DNA of 64,000 nucleotides, taken from sequence record LR597647; one strand, 5' to 3'. This DNA is from Escherichia phage rV5_ev147. The notes beneath the pieces are model-generated. The model was given only the letters and a program-made list of their open reading frames with translations. It ran no database searches and had not been told where the DNA came from. Positions 28,770-38,553 of this stretch are shown here, piece by piece (position 1 is the first letter of the stretch; every line of letters starts with the position of its first letter). The translations under genes were made by a program, and so were the position numbers.

Positions 28770-29021
28770 ATGACGAAGATTGACTTGAATGCTGGTGATC
28801 ATGTTGTTGTCAAATGCGTTGGAGATTATCTTGGATTCACAATCGGCAATACTTACGAGGCGGTAGTGGCGAAGGTTTATCATGATAAAGTCCTCAGTCT
28901 TGTATTTGACTGTGATGATGACGGAGATGACCGTTACGTCTGTGAGGTGCTGGCTCGTGACGATAGTGAAGACCAGAAATTCCTGGTTATTGAACTGAAC
29001 GGTATTTTTGTAGAACGTTAA
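28770..29021 (+). CDS. hypothetical protein
   Basis: RBS aaggagcg before ATG 28770. Confidence 0.45.
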   Translation: MTKIDLNAGDHVVVKCVGDYLGFTIGNTYEAVVAKVYHDKVLSLVFDCDDDGDDRYVCEVLARDDSEDQKFLVIELNGIFVER

Positions 29022-29049
29022 TTTAAAACAACATAAGGAGACTCTTACT

Positions 29050-29355
29050 ATGGCTAAATCTAAAGTTGAACTGTTCACCTCTCTTCCTTCTGACACTGCA
29101 GAACGTGATCGCCTTCGCAAAACAATTGAAGAACTGGTGGAACTCCAGCTTCAGATTAAAGATTTGAAAGATGCCATCAAGGATATCATTCTTGTTGAGA
29201 AGCAGGATCATCTGTATTCTCCTAAATTCATCAAATCTTTGGTGGCTACAGAGTTTGATATCCGCTACGAAGCTGAAAAACGTCGCGCTAAGATTGAAGA
29301 AGAGGTTGAGCACATGTCTGAGGCAGACATTCTGTTCAAACGCTCTGTAGAATAA
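29050..29355 (+). CDS. hypothetical coiled-coil protein
   Basis: RBS aaggagac. Confidence 0.45.
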   Translation: MAKSKVELFTSLPSDTAERDRLRKTIEELVELQLQIKDLKDAIKDIILVEKQDHLYSPKFIKSLVATEFDIRYEAEKRRAKIEEEVEHMSEADILFKRSVE

Positions 29356-29362
29356 TATGGCA

Positions 29363-29390
29363 GAGGGGCTACGGCCCCTCTTTCACTATT
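29363..29390 (+). terminator. rho-independent terminator
   Basis: AGAGGGGC-tacg-GCCCCTCT plus T-rich tail. Confidence 0.55.
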
Positions 29391-29407
29391 TGCAAAAGGA
29401 ACCAGCT

Positions 29408-29734
29408 ATGAGAATGCCAATCACTGTGAAAGAGCTAAATGAACGTGATGCAGGTGGTCTATGGCCTGCACGAAAAATCCGCTACGTCTATATGAAAGAG
29501 AATCTTGAACATCTTGATCAACAGATCAAGGTCGGTGATATTTTCGAGGTCTTCTATTCCAATCGTCGCAACTGGGAAACCATTCAGCCTTCTGGTTTTG
29601 TTCTTGCCAAACTTGACACTGGAGAAGTGATTATTCCTGGGTTGGATATTGTCTTCAAAATTATCCAGGAGTGGGATCCGGATAAGATTAGATATGAAGA
29701 GTTATTCGGTGAAGGTATTATCAAACCTGTGTGA
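29408..29734 (+). CDS. hypothetical protein
   Basis: RBS aaaggaac before ATG 29408. Confidence 0.45.
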   Translation: MRMPITVKELNERDAGGLWPARKIRYVYMKENLEHLDQQIKVGDIFEVFYSNRRNWETIQPSGFVLAKLDTGEVIIPGLDIVFKIIQEWDPDKIRYEELFGEGIIKPV

Positions 29735-30042
29735 GGTGGATTATGTCTACAAAGGCGGCTAAATACTCCTATATGCCATCAACCTCTGCAGAGGTAGACT
29801 TTAGTTTCGATGTGTTTCCACTGTTTGAGGTGGTTCTGGCATACCCAACAATACTATCTACTCCTGAATCACTTGTACCTGTTAAGTTGCAGAACGCTAT
29901 GCATTCCATGCACTACAACAACAAATGTAGGCACAGATGGTGTCAGGACGAGGAAAAAGATTTGGATAGTTTGAGAGATTTTGACAGTCACCTTTTGACA
30001 CCTTTCAGCTACTCCAACCTTGATAAGCCCTCGTGGGTATAG
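29731..30042 (+). CDS. hypothetical protein
   Basis: ORF. Confidence 0.4.
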   Translation: MRWIMSTKAAKYSYMPSTSAEVDFSFDVFPLFEVVLAYPTILSTPESLVPVKLQNAMHSMHYNNKCRHRWCQDEEKDLDSLRDFDSHLLTPFSYSNLDKPSWV

Positions 30043-30066
30043 CAAAATATCAAATTTAAGACACCT

Positions 30067-30095
30067 AGGACGCTCTGTGGCGTCCTTTTCTTTAT
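30067..30095 (+). terminator. rho-independent terminator
   Basis: AGGACGC-tctgtg-GCGTCCT followed by TTTTCTTTAT. Confidence 0.6.
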
Positions 30096-30255
30096 CTGGT
30101 GCACGATTGCATACCTTGGGTAGTTAATCTCATTACAGAGCGTTTAAGAGCTCCCTACAAACAACTCCATATTTCGAGCGTAGCGAGAACGCACGTCCGT
30201 TTTGACCCAAATCACCATACGCTCGGATTTTAACCAAACCCTCGCGGCGTTTCTG

Positions 30256-30284
30256 TTGACACATTACCGATCCAGTGATAGTAT
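30256..30284 (+). promoter_or_regulatory. sigma70-like promoter (TTGACA-17-TAGTAT)
   Basis: consensus hexamers. Confidence 0.5.
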
Positions 30285-30304
30285 CCACACATAGTTTGTA
30301 GAAT

Positions 30305-30406
30305 ATGGAGTACACAATGAGAACATTGTCCGAAGTTTTAGTGGTGATCCTGATGATCATTACGTCCATAGCGGCTGTTGCCGGAATACTCACGGGTGGA
30401 ACATGA
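30305..30406 (+). CDS. small hydrophobic peptide (29-33 aa)
   Basis: downstream of promoter; single TM-like segment; ATGA overlap with next ORF. Confidence 0.3.
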   Translation: MEYTMRTLSEVLVVILMIITSIAAVAGILTGGT

Positions 30407-30615
30407 TCAACACACATGCATCTGAAGAGACATCCGAAGGAGTGACCATCTGTCCCTTGGCCGAGCCGGGGAAAGAGGAAAACTTCGATTCTGAAGATTC
30501 TCCATCTCCGTCCCAGGTAGACCCTGAGGCTGATGACCTGACGTGGGAGGACATCGTAGACATCTGGTTCTCTATTATGCCTGAGCACGAAGAGTTCAGA
30601 GGTGGTAGACTATGA
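30403..30615 (+). CDS. hypothetical acidic protein
   Basis: ORF collinear with plus-strand arm. Confidence 0.4.
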   Translation: MINTHASEETSEGVTICPLAEPGKEENFDSEDSPSPSQVDPEADDLTWEDIVDIWFSIMPEHEEFRGGRL

Positions 30616-30736
30616 AGCACCGAGCCCACACCGGTTCCTCATGCTAAAGCATGGCCTGAAGAGGCAAACGTGTATAATTCCTGTGCATTAGAACGTATAA
30701 AACCCTGTTCACACTTTCATTCCCAGAGGAGATTTT

Positions 30737-30952
30737 ATGAAGATAGAGATATTTGGTGGAGCTGACAACACTCGTGGCCTGATTTACCTTGAATTCGATG
30801 AATCATACCTGCCAGAGGTGTTAAATATAGACTCTGTTGCTGAGGCTTTGGGAGTAAACCCTAAAGAACTCCACTCTTGTGCTGAGATCGATGGTTGGGA
30901 AGAGACCATGAACATTGATTTCAGTGAAGTAGAGGATGAACCGCTGGACTGA
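30737..30952 (+). CDS. small acidic protein (family 1-like)
   Basis: RBS agaggag; MKIEIFGG, acidic C-terminus. Confidence 0.45.
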   Translation: MKIEIFGGADNTRGLIYLEFDESYLPEVLNIDSVAEALGVNPKELHSCAEIDGWEETMNIDFSEVEDEPLD

Positions 30953-32423
30953 CACACAATTAGCTGCCCGGCTAAAGTGCTGGAAGCACCTATAACACAT
31001 CTTTCAACTAAATTTCCTACCACCACAATCACTTACCTCCCACACATGACTGTTTGCTTGTTTAGTGAGCAGTCATGCCTTGACATTCTTGCCTATCCTG
31101 ATAAAATTAAGTTCTTCTCTTTTCTTTTACCGAGTAATTCGGGTTTTCTGTTCTCTTCGGTTTGAAGGGGTATAGAGATACACCTGAGTGAACAGGGTGA
31201 ACAACCGAACCATTAGCTATGGCATTAGCATGGCGAAGCGGACGGGTGACGAAAGAGGGGCCGGAGGACACCAGTCACTGCCATATGATATATGGGTGAT
31301 AACCTGAAGAGTCTGAATAAGTGTTTAAGTACCAGTCAGAGGAAAAGGTGAATGGTAGCCGAAGGGGGGGAGGGGGGTTTCTTGTATCTTTAATTTGTAT
31401 ATTATGTATACACTTGTAAACCAATCTAATCTGAATCTGTTTACCACACAAAGCGGATAGAGACAAATATTGCCTATTAAACTTGAATTATTTATAGAAA
31501 ATACCACAACACCCCTTAAGTCTTTGATTTTACACACAAATCCTACAGATATTCAACCTCCATATTTAACATACTTGTAACATATTCCATACTCTACCTG
31601 TCTGATCAATTTCCCCAACTACATTCTCATATTTTCCCTGTCTGTACTACCCCTGCCCCGCCGGGAGTCCCGTCATATCTGGCTTTCCAGCAAATATCAC
31701 ACCCACAAATATCATTGCCTGAAGAGGGTTTCATCCCATAATACCTGCCTTACCTGAAGAGCGCTTCATACACCACGTAAATTTTTTAATTGACCTCCCC
31801 CTGCCCCGCCGGAGAGGTTGGCTTTTCCCACACAGACCTGAAGAGTCAGCCAGAAATATCTGAATAGGCCCAATTCTACCACGATTTTGACCTGACCTAC
31901 AGGGAGGCCCGAAGGGTCTAGCTTTCAGCTAGAGTCCTTGCAGGACCTACAGGAGCGCTGCCAGGCGGACGGAATGGGAATACTTCTCATTCTTATAACA
32001 ATTCTCAAATATCGAGGCAGTGAGAGAAATTAATAGGCCAGGCCGTTCACACAGTGGCACAACATTTGCAACCTATTTTGTGTGGATGAATGAGAATACC
32101 TATCATTGTGAGAACTGTTATCATTACGGGCAATTTAACATAATACCCATTATGCGCACCACTGGCGATACATACAAGGATTGATAACATGAGTTACAGT
32201 TTACGCATATAACAATCATATTTCTTACTATTTGTGTGGGATATAGTTAGCAGCCAATAGATTAGATATTGACCTGCGGACTTCCAACCGTCTAGACGTC
32301 TAAACGCCCACACAACAAGGATTATACATACATTACTGAATGTAAACAGGACCGCAAAAATGCTACCATACCAGTTTGTAAATTTTTCATGCAGCACTTG
32401 ACAAAGAGGAGGAAAACTTGTCT

Positions 32424-32475
32424 GACATAATGGTGACATAACTGACACGATTGACATAATTGACATGCCTGACTG
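32424..32475. repeat. iteron array: 5-6 direct copies of TGACA(T/C) at 9-11 bp spacing
   Basis: copies at 32424, 32435, 32444, 32452, 32461, 32470. Confidence 0.5.
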
Positions 32476-32520
32476 TTCACGCTCTCATTATTCCCGCCCT
32501 TACTATTCACGCCCTTTACT

Positions 32521-32610
32521 GCTTACATTCTTGATAGTCTACATGCTTAATGGTTTACATGACTAATAGTTTACATAGCTAACTGTTTACGCATAAACTG
32601 TTTACACAGA
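32521..32610. repeat. iteron array: about 6 copies of (G)TTTAC(A/G) at 15-16 bp spacing
   Basis: copies near 32523, 32540, 32555, 32570, 32586, 32601. Confidence 0.5.
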
Positions 32611-32618
32611 TATGATAA

Positions 32619-32910
32619 GCCATGCCATTCGTTTGCATGATAACAATAACGATCAACAACAATAAAGACTGAAATGATAACGTTGTTGATTTGACTGACT
32701 AACAATTAACAGGCTAATAATCTATGACATAATATAAAAGCAGGGCAACTATTAGCAGATCTATAGTTGCCTTGCTTGTTATGTCATGATTAACTAAATA
32801 CAAGGCAACTATGATCTGATTAATAGTTTGCAGACAAACTATCACGGGGGTGATGGTTACTGCTTTTATATTATGTCGCGACTCCGTCGCGCCATGCCAT
32901 TCGTTTGCAT
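32619..32910. repeat. 252-bp palindrome-rich segment flanked by perfect 20-bp direct repeats GCCATGCCATTCGTTTGCAT
   Basis: DR at 32619-32638 and 32891-32910; nested inverted repeats inside. Confidence 0.5.
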
Positions 32911-33571
32911 AGTTGCCTTATTGTTACAGATAAAATAATTGTATTGTTAATTATTTCTTATCTTTCTATTAGTCATCTAATGATTCCAGTTAGTATAGTA
33001 ACGTACAGTAAACATTAGACGACTAAAGATTTCTCTGATTATGATAACTTGCCGTGACAATTTCAGACTGTTTACGAAAAATGTTGACACCTGAGCTGAT
33101 TTATGTTATGCAATTTAAACGAATAATTATTTTATGCAGGTATTGACTATTCTGTTATTCTATGGTCGGAATAAATACTTAGCAGGCTATAGAATGGTGA
33201 GCGTACGTAAATTCTGAGATCTGTCGGCTATAGTTATACTCGATTTTTCACGTAGAACACGCTTTTTGGTTTGTGTAAGTGTATGACTTATAAAGATTTT
33301 TAGTTGTTGACAAGATATTGAAGATGTGCATCAGGTTAAATTTTGTGCAATAGCTGCATTACGTGCAATTTTGGAAGGAAAACGGGTAAAAATAGCACCG
33401 CTACCACACAATGAAAGGTTATGCAATAGTTATTTTACATGTATATTTGTACAGTGTGTGGGATTGATGGCTCGTCAATTATTCCACTTGCCAGGTAGGG
33501 CCGTTTATGGTAGGGAGGAAGAGCAGACAAAAAGAAAGGGACCTAAGCCCCTTGATAATTCAGTTAAAAAA

Positions 33572-33991
33572 TTATAATGATTCGTATATTTCAAAAATCC
33601 GATTTGCCAGGTCGTTACGGTACCGGAATTTTTCATCACGTTTGATCATAAGATCTTTATAGCCGTACTCTTTAAGCACTTCATTAACTTTATGGCGGCA
33701 CACCTTCATATTATCCTGAGCGTCACCAATAAACCTGTTGCTATGGTGCATGGCTTTAATTTCTTCTTCCAGGACCAGGGCAACTATGCGGACCGGATCA
33801 AGCTGATAGGCGGTAACATCCATGCGGCATTGTAAACGGCTTTTTACGTCTGCCACCGGATATACTGCAACCTCTTCCCCGTCAACATTGACAATAATTA
33901 GTTTACCATCGATTTCGAATCCTTTCGCCGCCGGACCGTGACAAAAAGCGTTATCAAAGCTATATGCCGGATTATTAGATTTAATGTTCAT
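33572..33991 (-). CDS. hypothetical protein
   Basis: first gene of minus-strand arm. Confidence 0.45.
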   Translation of the reverse strand: MNIKSNNPAYSFDNAFCHGPAAKGFEIDGKLIIVNVDGEEVAVYPVADVKSRLQCRMDVTAYQLDPVRIVALVLEEEIKAMHHSNRFIGDAQDNMKVCRHKVNEVLKEYGYKDLMIKRDEKFRYRNDLANRIFEIYESL

Positions 33992-34134
33992 GGTGTTTTT
34001 ACCTCTTAGTTAATTTTCTTACAACTTCCCTTCAAAAAAGAATATAGCAAAACTGCCGATCCCTGTCAACCAGGGATAGCATAATTTTTATGTGATCAAG
34101 GGGCTTTAAGCCCCTGACCGTGCACCTTGTTGTA

Positions 34135-34398
34135 TTATTTGTTGCTCATCCAGTTTTCCCAAGCTGCCTGATAATCTGCCTCACTACGGCGGATCTCTTC
34201 TTGCTCTTCAAGTCGGATCTCTTCTTCCAGGTACCCCAAGATGTCAGCCTTTTTGGTCTGGCGTAGCATCCAGTCATCTTTTTTGCGAGTGAAGATCTTA
34301 TAAGCTTTCTCGCAAACCTCTTTTTTGCTACCTTTCTGGACTTCAAGAACACGATAAGCCATATATTGAACTAATTTGAGCTGATCAAGGCGTTTCAT
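34135..34398 (-). CDS. hypothetical protein
   Basis: RBS aaagaggaaaaac. Confidence 0.45.
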   Translation of the reverse strand: MKRLDQLKLVQYMAYRVLEVQKGSKKEVCEKAYKIFTRKKDDWMLRQTKKADILGYLEEEIRLEEQEEIRRSEADYQAAWENWMSNK

Positions 34399-34460
34399 GA
34401 TGTTTTTCCTCTTTATGTGGTTTTTGTTTAGTGGGCCTTTTGGCCCGTGTCATTATCTTA

Positions 34461-34733
34461 TTACTTACGGCGGCAGAATTCAAGCGTTTTTAATTGATAA
34501 TCTTCCTCAGCCTGGAGTACAACCGCCTCGATCATTTCGTTGGCATTGTTGAAGCCATATCCTTTAGCGAATTCATCCGCACCACCTTCGTGATCATGTT
34601 CTGCGTTCATCGCTTCCACGAAATGGAATTCAAGATTATTGAGATAAGGGCTTGATGTTCCGTCCTCTTTTTCGATGAGATCCCAAATAGCATTGAAACG
34701 TGATTCAACTTCTTGGTTAATCCAGCTTAACAT
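34461..34733 (-). CDS. hypothetical acidic protein
   Basis: RBS agaggaaa before ATG at 34733. Confidence 0.45.
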   Translation of the reverse strand: MLSWINQEVESRFNAIWDLIEKEDGTSSPYLNNLEFHFVEAMNAEHDHEGGADEFAKGYGFNNANEMIEAVVLQAEEDYQLKTLEFCRRK

Positions 34734-34945
34734 GGCGTTTTCCTCTCTTCCGGTTGTTGTGTGGGCGCTTTTGCCCCCTTCGAGATAAATGCTACCCCAC
34801 CACCTGGCAGATGTCAACGGTTTTTATAGTTTTTATATAGCAGGCACACCCGGTGATTGTCTCCCCCCGTCGCCAGGTGCCTGCCGTGAAACAAGTATAA
34901 CAAAAAACAGGACCATTGCAAGCCCTGTTTTGTAGTTTATAAGGA

Positions 34946-35137
34946 TTATATTTTTTCGCCTATGTAGTCCGGTCGGTTTTTCTCTGTCATGCGCTTTAGC
35001 AATTCTTGCATGTTACTTATGGCTTGTAGTGTATCCCCTTCCAGGCTTGAATCGACATAATCAGGATCGTCTATGACCTTTCTATGATTATGATAACGCA
35101 GTACCGCCAATACCTTTCTAACTTGTTCGATATTCAT
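34946..35137 (-). CDS. hypothetical protein
   Basis: ORF. Confidence 0.4.
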   Translation of the reverse strand: MNIEQVRKVLAVLRYHNHRKVIDDPDYVDSSLEGDTLQAISNMQELLKRMTEKNRPDYIGEKI

Positions 35138-35286
35138 TTTTACCGCTCTTTAAAACAAGGTGCCAACCGTTTCCAATAGATCACTGACTACCAGGACAAT
35201 ACCGATCAGTACATACCTAACCATAAGGAGAAAGAGCGCCAGCGATCCCGCCACAATCCCCAAGGTGATGATTATCTTTCTCATGG

Positions 35287-35571
35287 TTAACGGTTTACGT
35301 AAGTTTTCCCGTTTACGGTGATGGGCAGATCCTCCAGGTCTGGATCTTCCTTAAGGTCGCGAGCAAGTTCACCGCACCGGACACCCTCGAATCCGTAGTA
35401 CTCTGTCGTGCCGTCCTTAAAAGTTTTAGCGGCAAGGCATAAGCGATAAGTAACCCCGATTCGATTGACGGCATGAATATCCGTTAGATTAACCTCTTTT
35501 GCCAGCTCTTTAGCCATTACAGGCGCATTAAGTCCAACAACCAGGGCAACCACTGCGATCATCTTTTTCAT
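35287..35571 (-). CDS. secreted/periplasmic small protein with signal peptide
   Basis: N-terminal MKKMIAVVALVVGLNAPVMA. Confidence 0.5.
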   Translation of the reverse strand: MKKMIAVVALVVGLNAPVMAKELAKEVNLTDIHAVNRIGVTYRLCLAAKTFKDGTTEYYGFEGVRCGELARDLKEDPDLEDLPITVNGKTYVNR

Positions 35572-35662
35572 TGTGTCTATCCTCTTTCTGCTACGTTTAA
35601 GGCGGCGGTAACCGCCTGTTTATGCTTTGTTGGTTAATTTTCGGGTATCGGTATAAATTAAA

Positions 35663-35878
35663 CTATGCTGTACGCTCAACTATAACAACGGTTTGAGGGA
35701 TCTCACCTTCCACCACTATCAAGGCCTTTTTCTGCGTGATGGATATCTTTGCCCGTTGCAGCGTGGCGGTGAAGTCTTTCATTTCGTCACGTGGTGTTTT
35801 AGTGCAATACCAGATCTCAGGCTTGCCGATCTGTAAGTTGCGTAAAAATTCCGTTTTGCCTGTTTTGTTAGTGATCAT
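35663..35878 (-). CDS. hypothetical protein
   Basis: RBS gaggt. Confidence 0.45.
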   Translation of the reverse strand: MITNKTGKTEFLRNLQIGKPEIWYCTKTPRDEMKDFTATLQRAKISITQKKALIVVEGEIPQTVVIVERTA

Positions 35879-35887
35879 TTGCCAACC

Positions 35888-35992
35888 TCACCCGATACCG
35901 TTGGAAGACAAGATCACATTAGCCATGGTTGCAATCAGGCCAATACCCAGGGCAATAACCAGGATCACCGCATCAATTAATTTCTGTTTCAT
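35888..35992 (-). CDS. 34-aa hydrophobic peptide
   Basis: RBS gaggaaaac; single TM segment. Confidence 0.35.
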   Translation of the reverse strand: MKQKLIDAVILVIALGIGLIATMANVILSSNGIG

Positions 35993-36333
35993 TTTGTTTT
36001 CCTCTTCTTGTTCCAGGTGGCGGACCATTCCACCGCCTTATGTATTATGCTTTGTAAGATGGTTGTTTGTTTTCAAACTATTTTAACGATAATCATCGTA
36101 CGCTTTATTAACCTGGCGAATATAACATTCAAAAGCCAGATCAATAGATTTATATTCACGGATATACTCACCATAGGAAACCACATACATTTCTATAGCT
36201 TCCTCATATGCGAGGAGAATAGAATCCAAGCCTACGATCTCAGTCTTTGCAATAATAGCCATGATTTTTATCCTCTTTGTGGTTGGTGGGGCTTGCCCCT
36301 TTGATTTATATACTACAGTCTTATATGGTCATG

Positions 36334-36567
36334 TCAACTATTTTCAAAAAATTTTTCTGCTGTGATATTTTTCCCGGTAGGGTTCGCTACTTTCAAAATT
36401 TTATCATGCACTGGACGCCCAAAAGAATAAGCGCCGTACACAGTACACCAATAATCGCCGTCAGGCTGTACTATTACCGCCGCATAGGGTACGCCTTTTT
36501 CGTTTTTGCTGACAAAATAGATCACGTTGCCATTAATAGCCTCGGCGCGTTTAATTTGTTCCATCAT
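36334..36567 (-). CDS. hypothetical protein
   Basis: RBS aagagagg; GC hairpin upstream. Confidence 0.45.
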   Translation of the reverse strand: MMEQIKRAEAINGNVIYFVSKNEKGVPYAAVIVQPDGDYWCTVYGAYSFGRPVHDKILKVANPTGKNITAEKFFENS

Positions 36568-36622
36568 GATGATTTGCCTCTCTTTATTTTCATAATTGGG
36601 GGCCTTTTCGGCCCCGCCAGGT

Positions 36623-36907
36623 TTATTTGTTGATAGCGTGCAGCGGGAAAGGTACGCCAGGTTGATAGATAACTTTTACAACCTCATCAGGGCAAAAGAA
36701 ATTACAAAATTCACCCTGATAAGCCTCATCCTCTTTTAATTCTTCATCAACATACTGGAAAAAGTAGTCAATGCTTGGATAATCCTGACCGGGATTATAT
36801 TCAACCATGGTTAATAACAATTCTTGATCATTCCGTATGATATGCATACCAGCTTTTAAGTATTTGGCTTCCATTTCTACTACATCGCCAACGGTAACAA
36901 TAGCCAT
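36623..36907 (-). CDS. hypothetical acidic protein
   Basis: RBS aggagtt. Confidence 0.45.
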   Translation of the reverse strand: MAIVTVGDVVEMEAKYLKAGMHIIRNDQELLLTMVEYNPGQDYPSIDYFFQYVDEELKEDEAYQGEFCNFFCPDEVVKVIYQPGVPFPLHAINK

Positions 36908-37114
36908 GGTTTTAACTCCTATCTATCCGGTTAATGATTGGAGGCCTCACCGCCCCCCCGACACCCTTTATTATCCATATTGTAGGACTTGATGCAAGTA
37001 CTTCTTTAAAAATTTTTTAAGCGCCTTGGGGGCCGCTGTAACGCCAAAATAATAAAGGCTATGCAACCGCATAGCCTTTATGTGATTATATCGCTGCAGG
37101 CCCTGCCAGGGGCC

Positions 37115-37465
37115 TTATTTTGCATTCTTTCCTATATTGCCGCTACGGTACCAGCGTTTACGGTGAAAATGGTAATAATCACCATCGGCATTAAACATCA
37201 GATGATTTTCAATAACCAGCTTACGAAGGTGGGCCGGATCTTGTTCCATTCTTGCCAGATTCTGGCGGCTGTTACGTAAGCGGATAAATTCCATATTCAG
37301 GCCGTTGATTGCAGCATGGATGTCAAAGTAACCACCTTTGAGACGTTCACGCATGGAGTTAAGCTCAACACAATATACAGATTTCTCACAAATCAAGGTA
37401 TTAGCCAGGGCGCGGACCTGGGCAAGGGGGTTAAGCTCATTAAGGTAATATAGTTTTACTTTCAT
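37115..37465 (-). CDS. hypothetical protein
   Basis: ORF. Confidence 0.45.
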   Translation of the reverse strand: MKVKLYYLNELNPLAQVRALANTLICEKSVYCVELNSMRERLKGGYFDIHAAINGLNMEFIRLRNSRQNLARMEQDPAHLRKLVIENHLMFNADGDYYHFHRKRWYRSGNIGKNAK

Positions 37466-37482
37466 AAAATCACCTGCTGAAA

Positions 37483-37788
37483 TTAGTTTGAGAAAACATC
37501 GTTCACAATAGCGATCACAATGCCGCCCACCTTGTCACGGTCAACAATGCACAAATCACCATAGATCATGTGGTAGTCTGGATGATCTTTCACGGAATAA
37601 TCAATGAGTGTTTTCTTGTCATCCAGCTTACTAACTTCCATTCTCATAACGATATGAGAATCATCAAAGGCATTATTCCGAAAAGTCATAACCTGACCGC
37701 CAGGGCACCCGGTGATTTCCACCTCCACGCCGTCTACGATCTGACCATCAAAGAAATAAAGATTATTAGCCTGGATAAACATGATCAT
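37483..37788 (-). CDS. hypothetical protein
   Basis: RBS aaaggag before ATG at 37788. Confidence 0.45.
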   Translation of the reverse strand: MIMFIQANNLYFFDGQIVDGVEVEITGCPGGQVMTFRNNAFDDSHIVMRMEVSKLDDKKTLIDYSVKDHPDYHMIYGDLCIVDRDKVGGIVIAIVNDVFSN

Positions 37789-37826
37789 TACTCCTTTTTG
37801 CACTGATTATTTTAACAGGGTTTAAA

Positions 37827-37870
37827 TTTACTTTATTGATGGCCCTGGAGTCAAGGCCATCTAAAAATAA
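37827..37870 (-). promoter_or_regulatory. conserved 44-bp element, copy 1 (palindrome GATGGCC-n10-GGCCATC with embedded TTGACT)
   Basis: identical to copies at 41566 and 42187; lies between stop of upstream gene and RBS of next. Confidence 0.5.
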
Positions 37871-37873
37871 ATT

Positions 37874-38074
37874 TTACAGGCCTACAATCTCTTTAATTCG
37901 TTTTACTGCTGCCTCAGCGCCTTGAGGGTAAAAATTATGGTAACCAATCACGCGAGTGATACTAATCGCCGTTTGATGATCTTCATAATCACCTTTAAAG
38001 ATTTCTTGACCGTCAATCAGCACGGCAATTTTTTCTTCTTTTTTGAAGTTAATAACGCGGATATTGTTGCTCAT
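37874..38074 (-). CDS. hypothetical protein
   Basis: RBS aaaggagaaac; 5' UTR hairpin GGGGAG-aca-CTCCCC. Confidence 0.45.
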   Translation of the reverse strand: MSNNIRVINFKKEEKIAVLIDGQEIFKGDYEDHQTAISITRVIGYHNFYPQGAEAAVKRIKEIVGL

Positions 38075-38169
38075 TTTGTTTCTCCTTTTGGAACTTTGTC
38101 TATGCGGTGGGGAGTGTCTCCCCGTTGATTGTTATTATCCATATTCTGGATCGGATTGCAACACTCAGG

Positions 38170-38210
38170 GAGAAAAAAATTTGAAAAGTTAGGCCCCAGG
38201 GATCGGGGCC
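38170..38210 (-). terminator. rho-independent terminator (minus strand)
   Basis: GGCCCC-gatccct-GGGGCC followed by T-runs. Confidence 0.55.
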
Positions 38211-38553
38211 GTTATCAATTACTTACAGCGATAAAATACATCCCTACGCCTAACAATATTTCAAGGGCGATGATCTCAAGCCATACCATAACACGGCGCG
38301 CCTTATCGGTGCGGGGCTTATCCTTGGGTGTCATCGTCTCCCCCTTTCCTCCTGTTAGCAGTGACGTGGTTTGCAATGGCCCCCAGGAGTATTATCACCA
38401 CGCACATTACAAGAAAAATTATCTCTGTCGTTGTTCGATCCATTGTTATAAAATTCCTTAAGATCAGGCCTGAAAATAAAGCTTTCGTTATTGAATCCAT
38501 CCCGCCAGGCGGCTGGCTTCAAATCTTCACTAAAGGGGTTAATTAACGTGGCA

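Noticed and set aside
30133-30588. 151-aa minus-strand ORF
   Set aside because: Overlaps plus-strand promoter, micro-ORF and acidic ORF that fit the plus-arm organisation; no RBS; the plus-strand reading is preferred.
31364-31377. G-run (GGGGGGGAGGGGGG) as a cos site or genome terminus
   Set aside because: Cannot be supported from sequence alone; it could equally be a homopolymer assembly artefact or a G-quadruplex motif. Mentioned only inside the central-region finding.
32619-32910. Autonomous insertion sequence
   Set aside because: No transposase ORF and 20-bp flanking repeats are longer than typical target-site duplications; kept only as a repeat-flanked segment of unknown nature.
30953-33571. 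tRNA genes in the non-coding regions (also 43640-44654)
   Set aside because: No T-arm GTTCGA-type or D-arm AGCTCAG/GGTAG motifs in cloverleaf spacing were seen; no tRNA is claimed.
33326-33577. 83-aa plus-strand ORF in the central non-coding region
   Set aside because: Its ATG is only 15 bp after a TTGACA -35 with no room for -10 or RBS; it lies in repeat-rich DNA facing the minus-strand arm.
36008-36633. Plus-strand ORFs 36008-36304 and 36277-36633, and 38129-38546
   Set aside because: Antisense to tightly packed minus-strand genes that have clear RBS and promoters.
37841-37857. Palindrome of the 44-bp element as a rho-independent terminator
   Set aside because: On the transcribed minus strand the stem is followed by AAUAAAG rather than a U-run; a promoter/operator or processing role fits better.
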